Source: Anaeramoeba ignava BMAN (lineage: Eukaryota; Protista; Anaeramoebae). From it: a stretch of 64,000 nucleotides of DNA. The stretch is taken from contig JAPDFW010000076.1 of assembly GCA_028826165.1 (NCBI GenBank), forward strand, positions 1-64,000. The letters run 5' to 3'. Below the pieces are notes generated by a model. The model did not search any database. It saw nothing but the letters and a program-made list of their open reading frames with translations, and had not been told where the DNA came from. A program made the position numbers and the translations under genes. This document shows, piece by piece, positions 29,595 to 43,145 of this stretch (its first letter is position 1; every line of letters starts with the position of its first letter).

Positions 29595-31545
29595 CAATAA
29601 AATTAAATCTAAATTAAATTTTAAATTAATTTCCTAATTAATTAATAAATCAAAATTAATTTAATTTTTATATATTTTTATATTTAAATTTATTATTAAA
29701 TTTATTATCATTATTTTTAATTACAAATATTTATTTAATAAAATAAAATTAAATCTAAATTAAATTTTAAATTAATTTCCTAATTAATTAATAAATCAAA
29801 ATTAATTTAAATTTTAATATTTTTATATTTAAATTTATTATTAAATTTATTATCATTATTTTTATTTATAATTATTTATTTAATAAAATGAATTAAATCT
29901 AAATTAAATTTTAAATTAATTTCCTAATTAATTAATGAAATCAAAAATTAATTTAGAGATTTTTATATTTTATATTTAAATTTATTATTAAATTTATTAT
30001 CATTATTTTTAATTATAAATATTTATTTAATAAAATAAAATTAAATCTAAATTAAATTTTAAATTAATTTCATAATTGATTAATAAATCAAAAATTAATT
30101 TAGATATTTATATTTTTATATTTAAATTTATTATTAAATTTATTATCATTATTTTTATTTATAATTATTTATTTAATAAAATAAAATTAAATCTAAATTA
30201 AATTTTAAATTAATTTCCTAATTAATTAATAATTCAAAATTAATTTAATTTTTATATTTTTATATTTAAATTTATTATCATTATTTTTATTTATAAATAT
30301 TTATTTAATAAAATAAAATTAAATCTAAATTAAATTTTAAATTAATTTTCTAACTGATTAATAAATCAAAATTAATTTTAATTTTTATATTTTTATATTT
30401 AAATTTATTATTAAATTTATTATCATTATTTTTATTTATAATTATTTATTTAATAAAATAAAATTAAATCTAAATTAAATTTTAAATTAATTTTTAACTA
30501 ATTAATAAATCAAAATTAATTTAATTTTTAATATTTTTATATTTAAATTTATTATTAAATTTATTATCATTATTTTATTTATAATTATTTATTTAATAAA
30601 AATAAAATTAAATCTAAATTAAATTTTAAAATTAATTTCCTAACTAATTAATAATTCAAAATTAATTTAGATATTTATATTTTATATTTAAATTTATTAT
30701 TAAATTTATTATCATTATTTTTATTTATAATTATTTATTTAATAAAATGGAATTAAATCTAAATTAAATTTTAAATTAATTTCCTAATTAATTAATAAAT
30801 CAAAATTAATTTAATTTTTATATTTTTATATTTAAATTTATTATTAAATTTATTATCATTATTTTTAATTATAAATATTTATTTAATAAAATAAAATTAA
30901 ATCTAAATTAAATTTTAAATTAACAACTAATTAATTAATAAATCAAAATTAATTTATATATTTATATTTTTATATTTAAATTTATTATTAAATTTATTAT
31001 CATTATTTTTAATTATAAATATTTATTTAATAAAAATAAAATTAAATCTAAATTAAATTTTAAATTAATTTCCTAACTAATTAATAAATTCAAAATTAAT
31101 TTAGATATTTATATTTTTATATTTAAATTTATTATTAAATTTATTATCATTATTTTTATTTATAAATATTTATTTAATAAAATAAAATTAAATCTAAATT
31201 AAATTTTAAATTAATTTTGTAATTAATTAATAAATCAAAATTAATTTAATTTTTAATATTTTTATTTAAATTTATTATTAAATTTATTATCATCATTTTT
31301 ATTTATAATTATTTATTTAATAAAATAAAATTAAATATAAATTAAATTTTAAATTAATTTTTTAACTAATTAATAAATCAAAATTAATTTAAATTTTAAT
31401 ATTTTTATATTTAAATTTATTATTAAATTTATTATCATTATTTTAATTATAAATATTTATTTAATAAAATAAAATTAAATCTAAATTAAATTTTAAATTA
31501 ATTTTTTAATTAATTAATAAATCAAAATTAATTTAATTTTTTATA
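29595..31545. repeat. Tandem satellite, ~145-bp monomer, ~14 copies, almost pure A/T
   Basis: Anchor AAATCTAAATTAAATTTTAAATTAA recurs at ~29605, 29751, 29896, 30043, 30189, 30321, 30466, 30610, 30755, 30899, 31044, 31190, 31333 (variant) and 31477. Confidence 0.95.
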
Positions 31546-31550
31546 TTTTT

Positions 31551-31572
31551 TTCATTTTTCATTTTTCATTTT
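31551..31572 (+). promoter_or_regulatory. Tandem TTTTTCATTT initiator-like motif (example; recurs before most genes in the window)
   Basis: Sense-strand TCATTT clusters within about 170 nt upstream of start codons of more than 10 genes; resembles the parabasalid Inr TCA(Y)(T/A). Confidence 0.55.
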
Positions 31573-31601
31573 TTTTAAAATTAATTTAGAAAGAAAAAAA
31601 A

Positions 31602-34265
31602 ATGTTTGAAGAAGAAGATTTAATTCCAAAACCAAAAAAAAATAGAACAAAAAAGAAAAGGAACATTAGAAATTATAAAAAAATAAAAAAACAACAAGAA
31701 GAATTGCCAATATTTGGAGCAAAAGAAACAATAATTGAAAAAATAAAAACAAACGATACAATAATAATAGTAGGAGAAACAGGATGTGGAAAATCAACAC
31801 AAGTTCCACAATATTTATATTCAGCAGGATATTATACAAAATTTTTTGGAAAAAATAAAATTAAACAATCAAAAGAAGAAAATCAAAATCAAAATGAAAT
31901 CCAAATTGAAAATGAAAATCAAAATAAAAATGAAATTCAAAATGAAATTCAAAATCAAATTCAAAATCAAATTCAAATTCAAAATCAAAATCAAATTCAA
32001 AATCAAAATCAAATTCAAAATAAAAATGAAATTCAAATTCAAAATGAAATTCAAAATCAAAATAAAAATCAAAATCAAAATCAAATTCAAATTCAAAAAA
32101 ATCAAAATCAAATTCAAAATGAAAATGAAAATGAAATTCAAAATAAAAATGAAAATGAAATTCAAAATAAAAATGAAAATGAAATTCAAAATCAAATTCA
32201 AAATCAAATTCAAAATAAAAATAAAAATAAAAATAAAAATATAATTGAAAATGAAAAATTCCAAATCTTCCAAAGAAATAAACGCCAAATGATTGGAATA
32301 ACTCAACCAAGAAGAGTTGCTGCAATAACACTCGCCAAAAGAGTTGCAAATGAAATGGGAGTTGAATTTGGAAAAGAAGTAGGATTTGCAATTCGATTTG
32401 AAGACAAAACATCAGCAAATACAGGAATTAAATTTATGACTGATGGATTGTTATTAAGAGAAATATTGCTTGATCCTCTTCTTTGGAATTATTCAGTTAT
32501 TATTATTGATGAAGCACATGAAAGAACAGTTCAAACAGATATATTATTTGGGATGCTTAAAAAAATACAGAAAAAAAGAAATGAAAAAGTAGAAAAAAAC
32601 CAACAAAAAACTAAATTAGAAAAGGATAAATTCAAATCAAACAAATTCGGGAAAAATATTTTAAATGAAAATGAATCAAAATCTCAATACAAACTAATAA
32701 AACTTAAAATTATTATCATGTCTGCCACTTTGGATTCTTGGAAATTTTCGGAGTTTTTTGGAGCACCAGTTTATTATATAGAAGGCAGACAATACCCAGT
32801 CAAAATCATGAACACAATTGAACCCGAAAACGATTACTTGGATGCAGTTTTATTAACAGTAATACAAATACACTTGTGGGAGGAAGAAGGAGATATTTTA
32901 GTATTTTTAACAGGACAAGAAGAAATAGAAATAATGGAGAAATTATTGAAAGAAAAAACAAGTTTATTCCCGTCAGAAACACCTTCTTTAATTATCTACA
33001 AAATTTTTGCCGCGCTCCCAATGGATCAGCAATTGCTGGTTTTCAATAGAGCGCCTAAGGGAAGTCGCAAGGTCACACTTGCAACAAATATTGCCGAGAC
33101 TTCAATCACACTGAATGGGATCCGGTATGTGGTTGATCCAGGGCTCGTCAAGCAGCGGTTATTCAACGCAAAAACAGGGATGGAAACACTTGCGGTTGTT
33201 CCTATTTCCAAAGCGTCTGCATGGCAACGTGCTGGGCGTGCAGGAAGAGAAAAACCAGGAATCTGTTTCCGTCTTTTTACAGAATCTGCCTTTGACGAAC
33301 TGGATGAACAAACAATACCTGAGATCATCCGCGCAAATATTTCAAGCGTGGTTCTTCAACTCAAAGCAATGCATGTTGAGAATGTCCTCGCATTTGATTT
33401 TCTTGATGCGCCGGATGTTGACTCATTGCGTTTTGCCTTGAAATTGTTGTACTCGCTGCATGCATTGAATCCCGACATGAGTCTCACTTCCCATGGGAAT
33501 CTCCTTGCGATGTTCCCGTTGGATCCACGCCTATCTTCCGCCTTGGTGAAGTCAATTGAGTTGGATTGTTTCCATGAAGTTGTCAGTCTTGTCTCGATTC
33601 TTTCGGTTGAGTCTCTTTTATACACACCTTCCCATAATAGAATCAAGGCCAAAAAATCTATTATGAATTTTCATCATGAGTTGGGTGACCATTTTACTTA
33701 TCTCAATATATATTATTCTTTTCTTATGGAGAAGAAAAAGTCAAGAAAAAATTCTATTATTTGGTGTAAAGAAAATTTTGTTAATTTTCGATCTTTGGAA
33801 CAAGTTTCCAAAATTTCTCAACAGCTCATTCAGTATTGCATTCAAGCTAAACTTATCCCACAAAACTTTCTTAGTCTTGAACATCTCACCCACAACGCAA
33901 ATGTTTCAGAGTCTGTTATTGATCTCGTTTTCAAACAATCCATGCGCTCAAAACAACAAGAAGAGCGCATCCAAAAATCAATGATTTCAGGCTTTTTTAT
34001 GAATGTTGCCCAAAGACAATCGGATGGGAAATACAGGTGCTTTTTAAATAATGAGACCGTTTCCATTCATCCCTCTTCTGTTCTTGCAAACTCTAAGCCT
34101 GATTGTGTTTTGTTTCATGAGTTGATCACAACTTCCCATCCTTATATCCGTGATTTGCTAATTGTTCAACAACCTTGGCTTTCTGAAATTGCTCCTCGTT
34201 TTTATTCATCTCAAAACACATTACCAATTCCTCGAAATTCTGTTCAAAATGTTGATTTTTTTTAG
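31602..34265 (+). CDS. DEAH-box RNA helicase, DHX33-like (Prp16/22/43 superfamily), intronless
   Basis: GETGCGKSTQ, TQPRRVAA, TDGLLLRE, DEAHER, SAT, EGRQYPV, FLTGQEEIE, ATNIAETSIT, QRAGRAGR, plus HA2/OB regions. Confidence 0.93.
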   Translation: MFEEEDLIPKPKKNRTKKKRNIRNYKKIKKQQEELPIFGAKETIIEKIKTNDTIIIVGETGCGKSTQVPQYLYSAGYYTKFFGKNKIKQSKEENQNQNEIQIENENQNKNEIQNEIQNQIQNQIQIQNQNQIQNQNQIQNKNEIQIQNEIQNQNKNQNQNQIQIQKNQNQIQNENENEIQNKNENEIQNKNENEIQNQIQNQIQNKNKNKNKNIIENEKFQIFQRNKRQMIGITQPRRVAAITLAKRVANEMGVEFGKEVGFAIRFEDKTSANTGIKFMTDGLLLREILLDPLLWNYSVIIIDEAHERTVQTDILFGMLKKIQKKRNEKVEKNQQKTKLEKDKFKSNKFGKNILNENESKSQYKLIKLKIIIMSATLDSWKFSEFFGAPVYYIEGRQYPVKIMNTIEPENDYLDAVLLTVIQIHLWEEEGDILVFLTGQEEIEIMEKLLKEKTSLFPSETPSLIIYKIFAALPMDQQLLVFNRAPKGSRKVTLATNIAETSITLNGIRYVVDPGLVKQRLFNAKTGMETLAVVPISKASAWQRAGRAGREKPGICFRLFTESAFDELDEQTIPEIIRANISSVVLQLKAMHVENVLAFDFLDAPDVDSLRFALKLLYSLHALNPDMSLTSHGNLLAMFPLDPRLSSALVKSIELDCFHEVVSLVSILSVESLLYTPSHNRIKAKKSIMNFHHELGDHFTYLNIYYSFLMEKKKSRKNSIIWCKENFVNFRSLEQVSKISQQLIQYCIQAKLIPQNFLSLEHLTHNANVSESVIDLVFKQSMRSKQQEERIQKSMISGFFMNVAQRQSDGKYRCFLNNETVSIHPSSVLANSKPDCVLFHELITTSHPYIRDLLIVQQPWLSEIAPRFYSSQNTLPIPRNSVQNVDFF

Positions 34266-34534
34266 ATGGTTACCATTTTCAAAACAAAAAACTAAAAAGA
34301 AATTAAAAAGAAATTAAAAAGAAATTAAAAAGAAATTAAAAAGAAATTAAAAAGAAATTAAAAAGAAATTAAAAAGAAATTAAAAAGAAATTAAAAAGAA
34401 ATTAAAAAAAAAGTGGAACAAAAATAATTTTCTTTTTAGAAATTAATAAAAAATTTAGAAATGAAAATTTTAGAATTCAAAAAAAAAAATGTTTTCATTT
34501 TTTTCATTTTCATTTTTTTCATTTTCTTTTTAAA

Positions 34535-35432
34535 ATGGAACCTGTTAATCCTATGCTTATTTTTAAACAAATGGATGAAATTAAAGATGAAATTAAATCA
34601 AAACAACCTCTTGTTGGTTCAATTGAAAATTTAATTAATATATCACAAGAATACAAAGAAACAAATCCCATTTTTGAAAAAAGAATAATTGAACTTTCTA
34701 AGGAATTCCCAAAAGTACAAAGAATGAGAGCAGATGGAAATTGTTTTTATCGCGGTTTTTTTTATGCTTTGTTTCTTTTTTTGATTCAATCAAATGATAA
34801 AGATTCTTTAACTTATTTTCAAAAGAAATTTGCTTTTTTCAGAACCAAATTGGAAAAAAGATATGGAGAATTTATAATGGAAATGTTTTGTGATTCTATT
34901 GATGATGTTTTACTTTCAATTGAAGTAATTTAAATTTATTTAAGAAAGAAAGAAAAAAAAAATTTTTTTTTGGGAATTTTTCAAAAAGTTGATTAAGCAA
35001 AAAAAAAATTTTTTTCGAATTAATAAAATTAATAAAATTAATAAAATTTAGCAAAAGACTCTTGATGAGGAAAAACTTTTGGATTTATTCAATGAACAAA
35101 TGACTAGTGAAAGTATAGTTGCTTATGCACGTTTCTTGACAAGTACTTATATTTCAGAAAATCAATCAACATTTAGTTTTTATGTTCCAATGGGAATGAC
35201 TGTTTCTGAATATTGCAAACAAAATATTGAACCAATGGAACAAGAAGCTGATCATCCCGAAATTTTCTCTCTTAGCTCAGCTCTTCTTGATGAATCAACT
35301 GGATTAGCAATCCAAAAAATTGATGGAAAAGTGAATGAAAATTATCAAACATTAATTTTTCCAAATCAAGATTCAAATCCCAAATTTAATTTACTTTATC
35401 GACCAGGACATTATGATATTCTTTTCAAATAA
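34535..35432 (+). CDS. OTUB1: Otubain (OTUB1-like) deubiquitinase; exons 34535-34924 and 35052-35432
   Basis: RMRADGNCFYR and LLYRPGHYDIL catalytic motifs; in-frame GT-AG intron. Confidence 0.92.
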
Positions 35433-35667
35433 ACTAATTAATCTTTTTCTTTTTTTCTTTTAAGAAAAAAAACAAATTAAAAATTTAAAAAAAAAAAATC
35501 ACATTATTGTTTAAATCAAGTCTTTAAAAAAATAAAAAAGACTTGAAATATAGTTTGTTTGAAACTTGAAGAAGAAATCACAAACAAAAAAAATGGAAAA
35601 AAAAAATGCAGGCAAAAAAAAAAAAAAAAGCAAAAAAAAAAGTGAGAAAAAAAAAATTTTGAACTAA

Positions 35668-38600
35668 TCAAACTTTCTCGACATAATTTCCAGGAAAAGC
35701 ACCTTCTTGACCATTTGAATTTTTACCGATATACCAACCAGCATCCTCAGAAATAACAGTTAAAAACTCACCAGCAACCAAAGAAAGTTCGCCTTCTGCT
35801 TGAGCTTCATAATCATAAAGAGCCTGAACTTGTTCTCCTGATAATTGGGTTGATTGCTGGGAATAATCCTGTTGATCCGCATTGTCTCCACCGCCTGAAT
35901 CGACGAAGTTTGAAGGGAATAATCCTGTTCGATTTCCAATTGAGCCTTCCCACCATCCTCCGTCGTGTTTATTTGTTACTGTGATCACTTCTCCTGCTGA
36001 GAAACTTAAATCGTTTTCTCCTTCTCCATCGTAATCGTATAGTGCTGTTACTTGATCTCCTGTTGTTGAATAACTTGTTTTTGGTGCTGAATAACTTGTT
36101 GTTTTTGTTTCGCTAAATCCTCCTCCATAACTTGTCTTTTTTTTTTTTTCAATCCAAATTTTTATTAAATTTATTTATAAATTATTATTAAAATTATTAT
36201 TAAATTGTTTATAAATTTATTTATAAAATTATTTATAAATTTGATTATAAATTTGTTTATTAAATTTTTATTAAAATTATTTATTAAATTTATATTAAAA
36301 TTATTTATAAATTATTATTAAATTTATTTATAAATTTTTTTATAAATTATTATTAAATTTGTTTATAAATTTGTTTATAAATTATTTATAAATTTATTTA
36401 TAAATTTGTTTATAATTTTGTTTATAAATTTGTTTATAAATTTGTTTATAAATTTGTTCATAAATTTATATTAAATTTGTTTTATAAATTTGTTTATAAA
36501 ATTGTTTATAAAATTGTTTATAATTTTGTTTATAAATTTGTTTATAAATTTGTTTTATAAATTATTAATAAATTTATTTATAAATTTATTATTAAATTTA
36601 TATTAAAAATTATTTATAAATTTGTTCATTAATTTGTTTTTAATTTGTTTATAAATTTGTTTATAAATTTGTTTATAAAATTTGTTTATAAATTTATTTA
36701 TAATTTATTATTAAATTTATATTAAAATTATTATTAAATTTATTTATAAATTATTATTAAATTTGTTTATTAATTTGTTTATAAATTTGTTTATAAATTT
36801 GTTTATAAATTATTATTAAATTTGTTTATAAATTTGTTCATTAATTTGTTTATTAATTTGTTTATAAATTTGTTTATAAATTTGTTTATAGATTTGTTTT
36901 TAAATTATTATTAAATTTGTTTATAAATTTTTTTATAAATTTGTTTATAAATTTGTTTATAAATTTGTTTATAAATTTGTTTATAAATTTGTTTATAAAT
37001 TTGTTTATAAATTTGTTTATAAATTATTATTAAATTTGTTTATAAATTTGTTTATAAATTTGTTTATAAATTATTATTAAATTTATTTATAAATTTGTTT
37101 ATAAATTTATTTATAAATTTATTATTAAATTTTTTTATAAATTTTTTTATAAATTTTTATTTATTTACGGTATTAGAACTTGTGTTTGGATTTGAATTTC
37201 CTGTTCTGTTTTCATTAATAATTGCTTTAATATCACTATCAGCATCAATTTGTTCAAATGAATCACTTAATTTTTGAAATGCTTGTTGAGTAGTTGAAAC
37301 AAATCCGGTTACATGATAAGAAGCAAGTGCTTTAAATTGTGTTTTAAGTTTGTTCACTCTTTGTTCTTCTAATCTTTGAAATTCCTGATTTGATTTTGGA
37401 ATTGATTTTGGAATTGATTTTGGAATTGATTTTGGAATTGATTTTGGAATTGATTTTGGAATTGATTTAAAATTGATTTAAAATTGATTTAAAATTGATT
37501 TAAAATTGATATAAAATTGATTTAAAATTGAATTGATTTTGGAATTAAATTGATTTTGGAATTGAATTAAAATTGATTTAAAATTGATTTAAAATTGATT
37601 TAAAATTGATTTAAAATTGATTTAAAATTGAATCTTATACATCAAGAATTGAAGGAACAACATTTCGAAGAAAATCTTGTTCAGATGATTCAAAAGCACT
37701 TTGAGCTTTAGAAACATCATCATCAAGTTTTGATTTAGTTTTTGTTAGTTTTTCAAGTTTTCCTTGTGCCTATAAAATCAATAATTTTCCATTTAATTTT
37801 TAAATTTTTAATTTTTAATTTTTAATTTTTAATTTTTAATTTTTAATTTTTAATTTTTAATTTTTAATTTTTAATTTTTAAATTTTAATTTTTACTCGAT
37901 TATCTCCTCCTTGAACAGAAGAATTAAGATTATCAACATCAGATTTTATTTTCATTGACTTTTTTGTTAACTATTTTAATATTAATAAAAATTTTAATTT
38001 AAAAAAAAAAACTAAATTTTTTTTGGAAAAATTAATAATAAATACATTTTCAAATTTTCCTTTTAAATTCTTCACTTCTTTTGCTTTTTTATCACAAGAA
38101 GAAAGGATCTTTAAAAATTGATTTTAATTTTAATTTTAATTTTAATTTTAATTTTAATTTTAATTTTAATTTTAATTTTAATTTTAATTTTAATTTTAAT
38201 TTTAATTTTAATTTAATTTTAATTTTAATTTTAATTTTAATATTAATTTTAATTTTAATTTTAATTTTAATTTTAATTTTAATTTTAATTTTAATTTTAA
38301 TTTTAATTTTAATTTTAATTTTAATTTTAATTTTAATTTTAATATTAATTTTAATTTTAATTTTAATTTTAATTTTAAATTGGATTTTTACTTCTTTTCT
38401 TATTGGAGAAGTTTCGTTTTTAAAATCAATAATAGGTTTTGCAAAATCTTCCATAATTTTTGTTGCAGTTTCTAAATGAAGTTGACCTATTGTATCAAAT
38501 TGCCTTAAAAGAGTATCCCATGCTTCTTTAACAGTTCTAAATAAAAATATAAATATAAATATAAATATAAATATAAATATATAAATATATATATAAATAT

Positions 38601-39860
38601 AAATATAATTGTAAATATAATTGTAAATATAATTGTAAATATAAATATAAATATAAATATAAATATAAATATAAATATAAATATAAATATAAATATAAAT
38701 ATAAATATAAATATAAATATAAATATAAATATAAATATAAATATAAATATAAATATAAATATAAATATAAATATAAATATAAATATAAATATAAATATAA
38801 AATAAAAATAAAATAAATATAAAATATAAATATAAATATAAAAAAAAATATAAATATAAATATAAATATAAAAATATAAATATAAAAATATAAATATAAA
38901 ATATAAAATAAAAATATAAACATAAAAATAATAAAATAATAAACGTAAAAATAAATAAAATAAATATAAATATAAAAATAAAAAATAAATATAAATAAAA
39001 ATATAAATATAAATATAATATAAACATAAAATAAAATATAATATAAATATAAATATAAATATAAATATAAATATAAATATAAATATAAATATAAATATAA
39101 ATATAAATATAAATATAAGTAAATATAAATATAAATATAAATAAAATATAAAAATATAACATAAATATAAAATAAAATATGAAATAAATATAAATATAAA
39201 TATAAATATAAATATAAAAATATAAATAAATAAAAAAAAAATATAAAATATAAATATAAATATAAAATATAAATATATAATATAAATTATAAATATAAAA
39301 TATAAATAAATATAAATATAAATATAAATATAAATATAAATATAAATATAAATATAAAATATAAAAATAAAATGTAAAATAAAGCTAAATGTAAATATAA
39401 ATATAAAATATAAATTATAAATATAAATATAAAAAAAAATATAAAATATAAAAATATAAAATAAATGTAAATATAAATATAAATATAAAATATAAATTAT
39501 AAAAAATATAAATATAAAAATAAAAAATAAAATAAAACATAAAATATAAAAATAAATGTAAATATAAAATATAAATATAAAATATAAATATAAATGTAAA
39601 TGTAAATATAAATATAAATATAATTATAAATATAAATATAAATATAAATGTAAAATATAAATGTAAAATGTAAATTACCCAACACAACGTTCACCAACTT
39701 TTGTTCCATGAACTAATTTTGTAAGTGATCGACCAAAAAATTCTTGTGTTTTTGCAATTTTTTGTAGAAATTCTGACATTTCTCGAAGATCGTGAAAGTC
39801 ATTTGTTACTCTTTCTCTTACTGCATCATAACAATCCCATAAATCAGTTCTAAAACTCAT
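35668..39860 (-). CDS. F-BAR protein with two C-terminal SH3 domains (PSTPIP/Bzz1-like), about 7 exons
   Basis: N-terminal [31 protein letters not shown] (FCH); [11 protein letters not shown]3-1 [28 protein letters not shown]; SH3-2 [23 protein letters not shown]. Confidence 0.88.
36160..37160. repeat. 12-bp satellite (TTTATAAATTTG)n in an F-BAR intron
   Basis: Direct reading of the sequence. Confidence 0.9.
38540..39675. repeat. (ATATAA)n satellite in F-BAR intron 1
   Basis: Direct reading; source of the YI/YL spurious ORFs. Confidence 0.92.
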
Positions 39861-40160
39861 TTTTGTTGAATTTAAAAAAGAATTAAATGAAAAAAAAAGA
39901 AAAAAATGAAAAAATTTTTTTGATTTGGAAAAAAAAATTTAATTTAAAAAAAAAAGCAAATTTCTTCCTTTTTTTTTTCTATTTTCCGTTTTTTTTAAAA
40001 TTTAAAAATTATTAATGAAGTGATAATTTATCACAAAAATCATATTTATTTGATAATTCCTTCAATTGGAACAAAAAAAAAAAAAGAATTAAAATCAAAT
40101 TATTTTTTTTTTGATCAATAAAATTTGAAAAATAAAAAATGTTTCTGTTTTTTTTTTCTT

Positions 40161-42026
40161 TTACAAAAGCGAACATTTTTTCCTTTTTTTTGTAGGTCTT
40201 TGTGGTGTTTTTGAATTTCCTTGATTTGTAACAGATTTACTTTCTGATTTAAATTTTCTTACTCTTCGAACTAAAGCTTCAAAAGCAGCATGAACATTTA
40301 ATCCAGTTTTTGCAGATCTATAAATAATTTTTTTTTTGATTTACAATTTTTCAATTAAAATTTTTTTTTGGAATTAAAATTTTTTAGAAAGATACGTTTC
40401 AATATATTCTGAATTATATTTTGCTGCTAATTCGTCAGCTTCTTCTTGAGAAACTAATCTTTCATCTTCCAAATCTAATTAATCAAATATTTATTTAATA
40501 TTTATTATTTAATATTTATTTAATATTTAATATTTAATATTTATTTTATTTAATATTTATTTAATATTTATTTAATATTTAATTAATATTTATTTAATAT
40601 TTTATTTATTTATTTTTAATTTTATTTAATATTTTATTTAATATTTATTTAATATTTAATATTTATTTAATATTTATTTAATATTTATTTAATATTTATT
40701 TAATATTTAATATTTATTTAATATTTAATATTTATTTAATATTTAATATTTAATATTTATTTAATATTTAATATTTATTTAATATTTAATATTTATTTAA
40801 TATTTATTATTTAATATTTATTTAATATTTAATTTTTAATATTTAATATTTATTAATTATTTATTTATTTAATAAAACTTACCACATTTATTTCCAACAG
40901 TAACAACAGGTGTTGTATCAATTCTTTTAATTAATCTAATACTTTCATGAAGATTTTTTGCTTCAGAAAAACTTGCACGAGCAGTAATACTAAAACAAAG
41001 TAAAAATCCTTCTCCTTGTTTTAAATACTAATTTTAATTTTAATTTTAATTTTAATTTAATTTTAATTTAATTTTAATTTTATAAATGAATTTTAATTTT
41101 AATTTTAGTTATAATATTAATTTTAATTTTAATTTTGATTTTAAAATTTTAATTTTATAAATGAATTTTAATTTTATAATTTAATTTTAATTTTATAAAT
41201 GAATTTTAATTTTATAAATGAATTTTAATTTTATAAATGAATTTTAATTTTATAAATGAATTTTAATTTTTAATTTAAATTTTTTTAATTGATTTTAGAG
41301 AAAAGATCAGAAGATCAAAACAAAAATAATAAGAAAAATAAAATACTTTATCTCGAACTGTTCTATATTCTTCTTGACCAGCAGTATCTAAAATCTCTAA
41401 CATACTTGGACGATCATCAACAATTACCATTTTTCGATAATTTTCCTCTAAAAAAAAAAAGAAAAAAAGAAAAAAAGAAAAAGATTTAAAAAAATAAACG
41501 TCAAGCAAATAAACATTAAACAAATTGACATTAAACAAATTGAAATTAAAAAAATAAGAATTAAACAAATTGAAATTAAAAAAATAAGAATTAAACAAAT
41601 TGACATTAAACAAATAAACATTAAACAAATTGAAATTAAACAAATTGAAATTAAAAAAATTGAAATTAAGCAAATTGAAATTAAACAAATTGAAATTAAA
41701 AATAAGAATTAAACAAATTGACATTAAAAAAATAAATATTACCAATTGTTGGATCATAATCTTGTATAAATTTCCCTTGTAAATATCTAACAATAAGACA
41801 AGATTTGCCAACTAAGATCGTTAAAATTGATCATTGAAGAAAAAAAAATAAAAATAAAAAATAAAAATATAAAATGCAAAATTAACAAACGACATTCACA
41901 AATTTAAAGCGCCAATCATTTTTTTTTTAATTTAAATTTAAATTTTTAAATTTTTCTTTTAATTTAATTTGGTAAATTACCTGAACCTCCTCCAATTACA
42001 ACAAGTTTATAAAGTTCATCTCCCAT
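40161..42026 (-). CDS. Ras-family small GTPase, 6 exons, C-terminal CSLL CaaX
   Basis: Spliced: MGDELYKLVVIGGGSVGKSCL..DYDPTIEENYRK..ILDTAGQEEY..GNKCDL..ETSAK..KKGKKCSLL*. Confidence 0.93.
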
Positions 42027-42287
42027 TTTAAATGTAGAATAAAATTAAACAAACAAAAAGGAAAAAAAAAATAAAACAAATGAAAAAAATGAAAAAAAAA
42101 ATTTATAAAAAAAAAATTAATTAAAAAAAAAATTTAATTTAAATCTTTGTTCTCAATTTTAAATCAATAAAAACATTAAATAAAAAATTGTTCCATCATT
42201 TTTTTAAAAAGAAAAATTAATAAAGAATGAAAAAAATAATAAATGGAACAAATCTTAAATTAATTTTAAATCAAATAAAAAAGTGGA

Positions 42288-43145
42288 ATCAATTTTAAAT
42301 CAATTTTAAATCAATTTTAAATCAATTTTAAATCAATTTTAAATCAATTTTAAATCAATTTTAAATCAATTTTATATCAATTTTAAATCAATTTTAAATC
42401 AATTTTAAATCAATTTTAAATTAATTTTAAATCAATTTTAAATAATCAATTTTATCAATTTTAAATCAATTTTAAATCAATTTTAAATCAATTTTAAATC
42501 AATTTTAAATTAATTTTAAATCAATTTTAAATCAATTTTAAATCAATTTTAAATCAATTTTAAATCAATTTTAAATCAATTTTAAATCAATTTTAAATCA
42601 ATTTTAAATCAATTTTAAATCAATTTTAAATTAATTTTTAAATCAATTTTAAATCAATTTTAAATCAATTTTAAAATCTAATTTTAAATCAATTTTAAAT
42701 CAATTTTAAATTTTAAATCAATTTTAAATCAATTTTTAAATCAATTTTAAATCAATTTTAAATCAATTTTAAATCAATTTTAAATCAATTTTAAATCAAT
42801 TTTAAATTAATTTTAAATCAATTTTAAATCAATTTTAAATCAATTTTAAATCAATTTTAAATCAATTTTAAATCAATTTTAAATCAATTTTAAATCAATT
42901 TTAAATCAATTTTAAATCAATTTTAAATCAATTTTAAATCAATTTTAAATCAATTTTAAATCAATTTTAAATCAATTTTAAATCAATTTTAAATCAATTT
43001 TAAATCAATTTTAAATCAATTTTAAATCAATTTTAAATCAATTTTAAATCAATTTTATATCAATTTTAAATCAATTTTATATCAATTTTAAATCAATTTT
43101 AAATCAATTTCAAATCAATTTTAAATCAATTTTAAATTAATTTTA
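42288..43145. repeat. (ATCAATTTTAA)n 11-bp satellite, intergenic; same unit as in the Nudix intron
   Basis: Direct reading of the sequence. Confidence 0.95.

Noticed and set aside
29595-31545. CRISPR-like array
   Set aside because: Whole monomers repeat with no unique spacers, there are no cas genes, and the context is eukaryotic.
33026-34066. Overlapping alternative-frame and antisense ORFs within the DEAH helicase
   Set aside because: Expected by-product of locally higher GC; no recognisable motifs.
40318-40395. Ras intron with a GTATCTTT donor resembling a U12-type 5' splice site
   Set aside because: No TCCTTAAC-like branch sequence near the acceptor; GTAT donors are common here.
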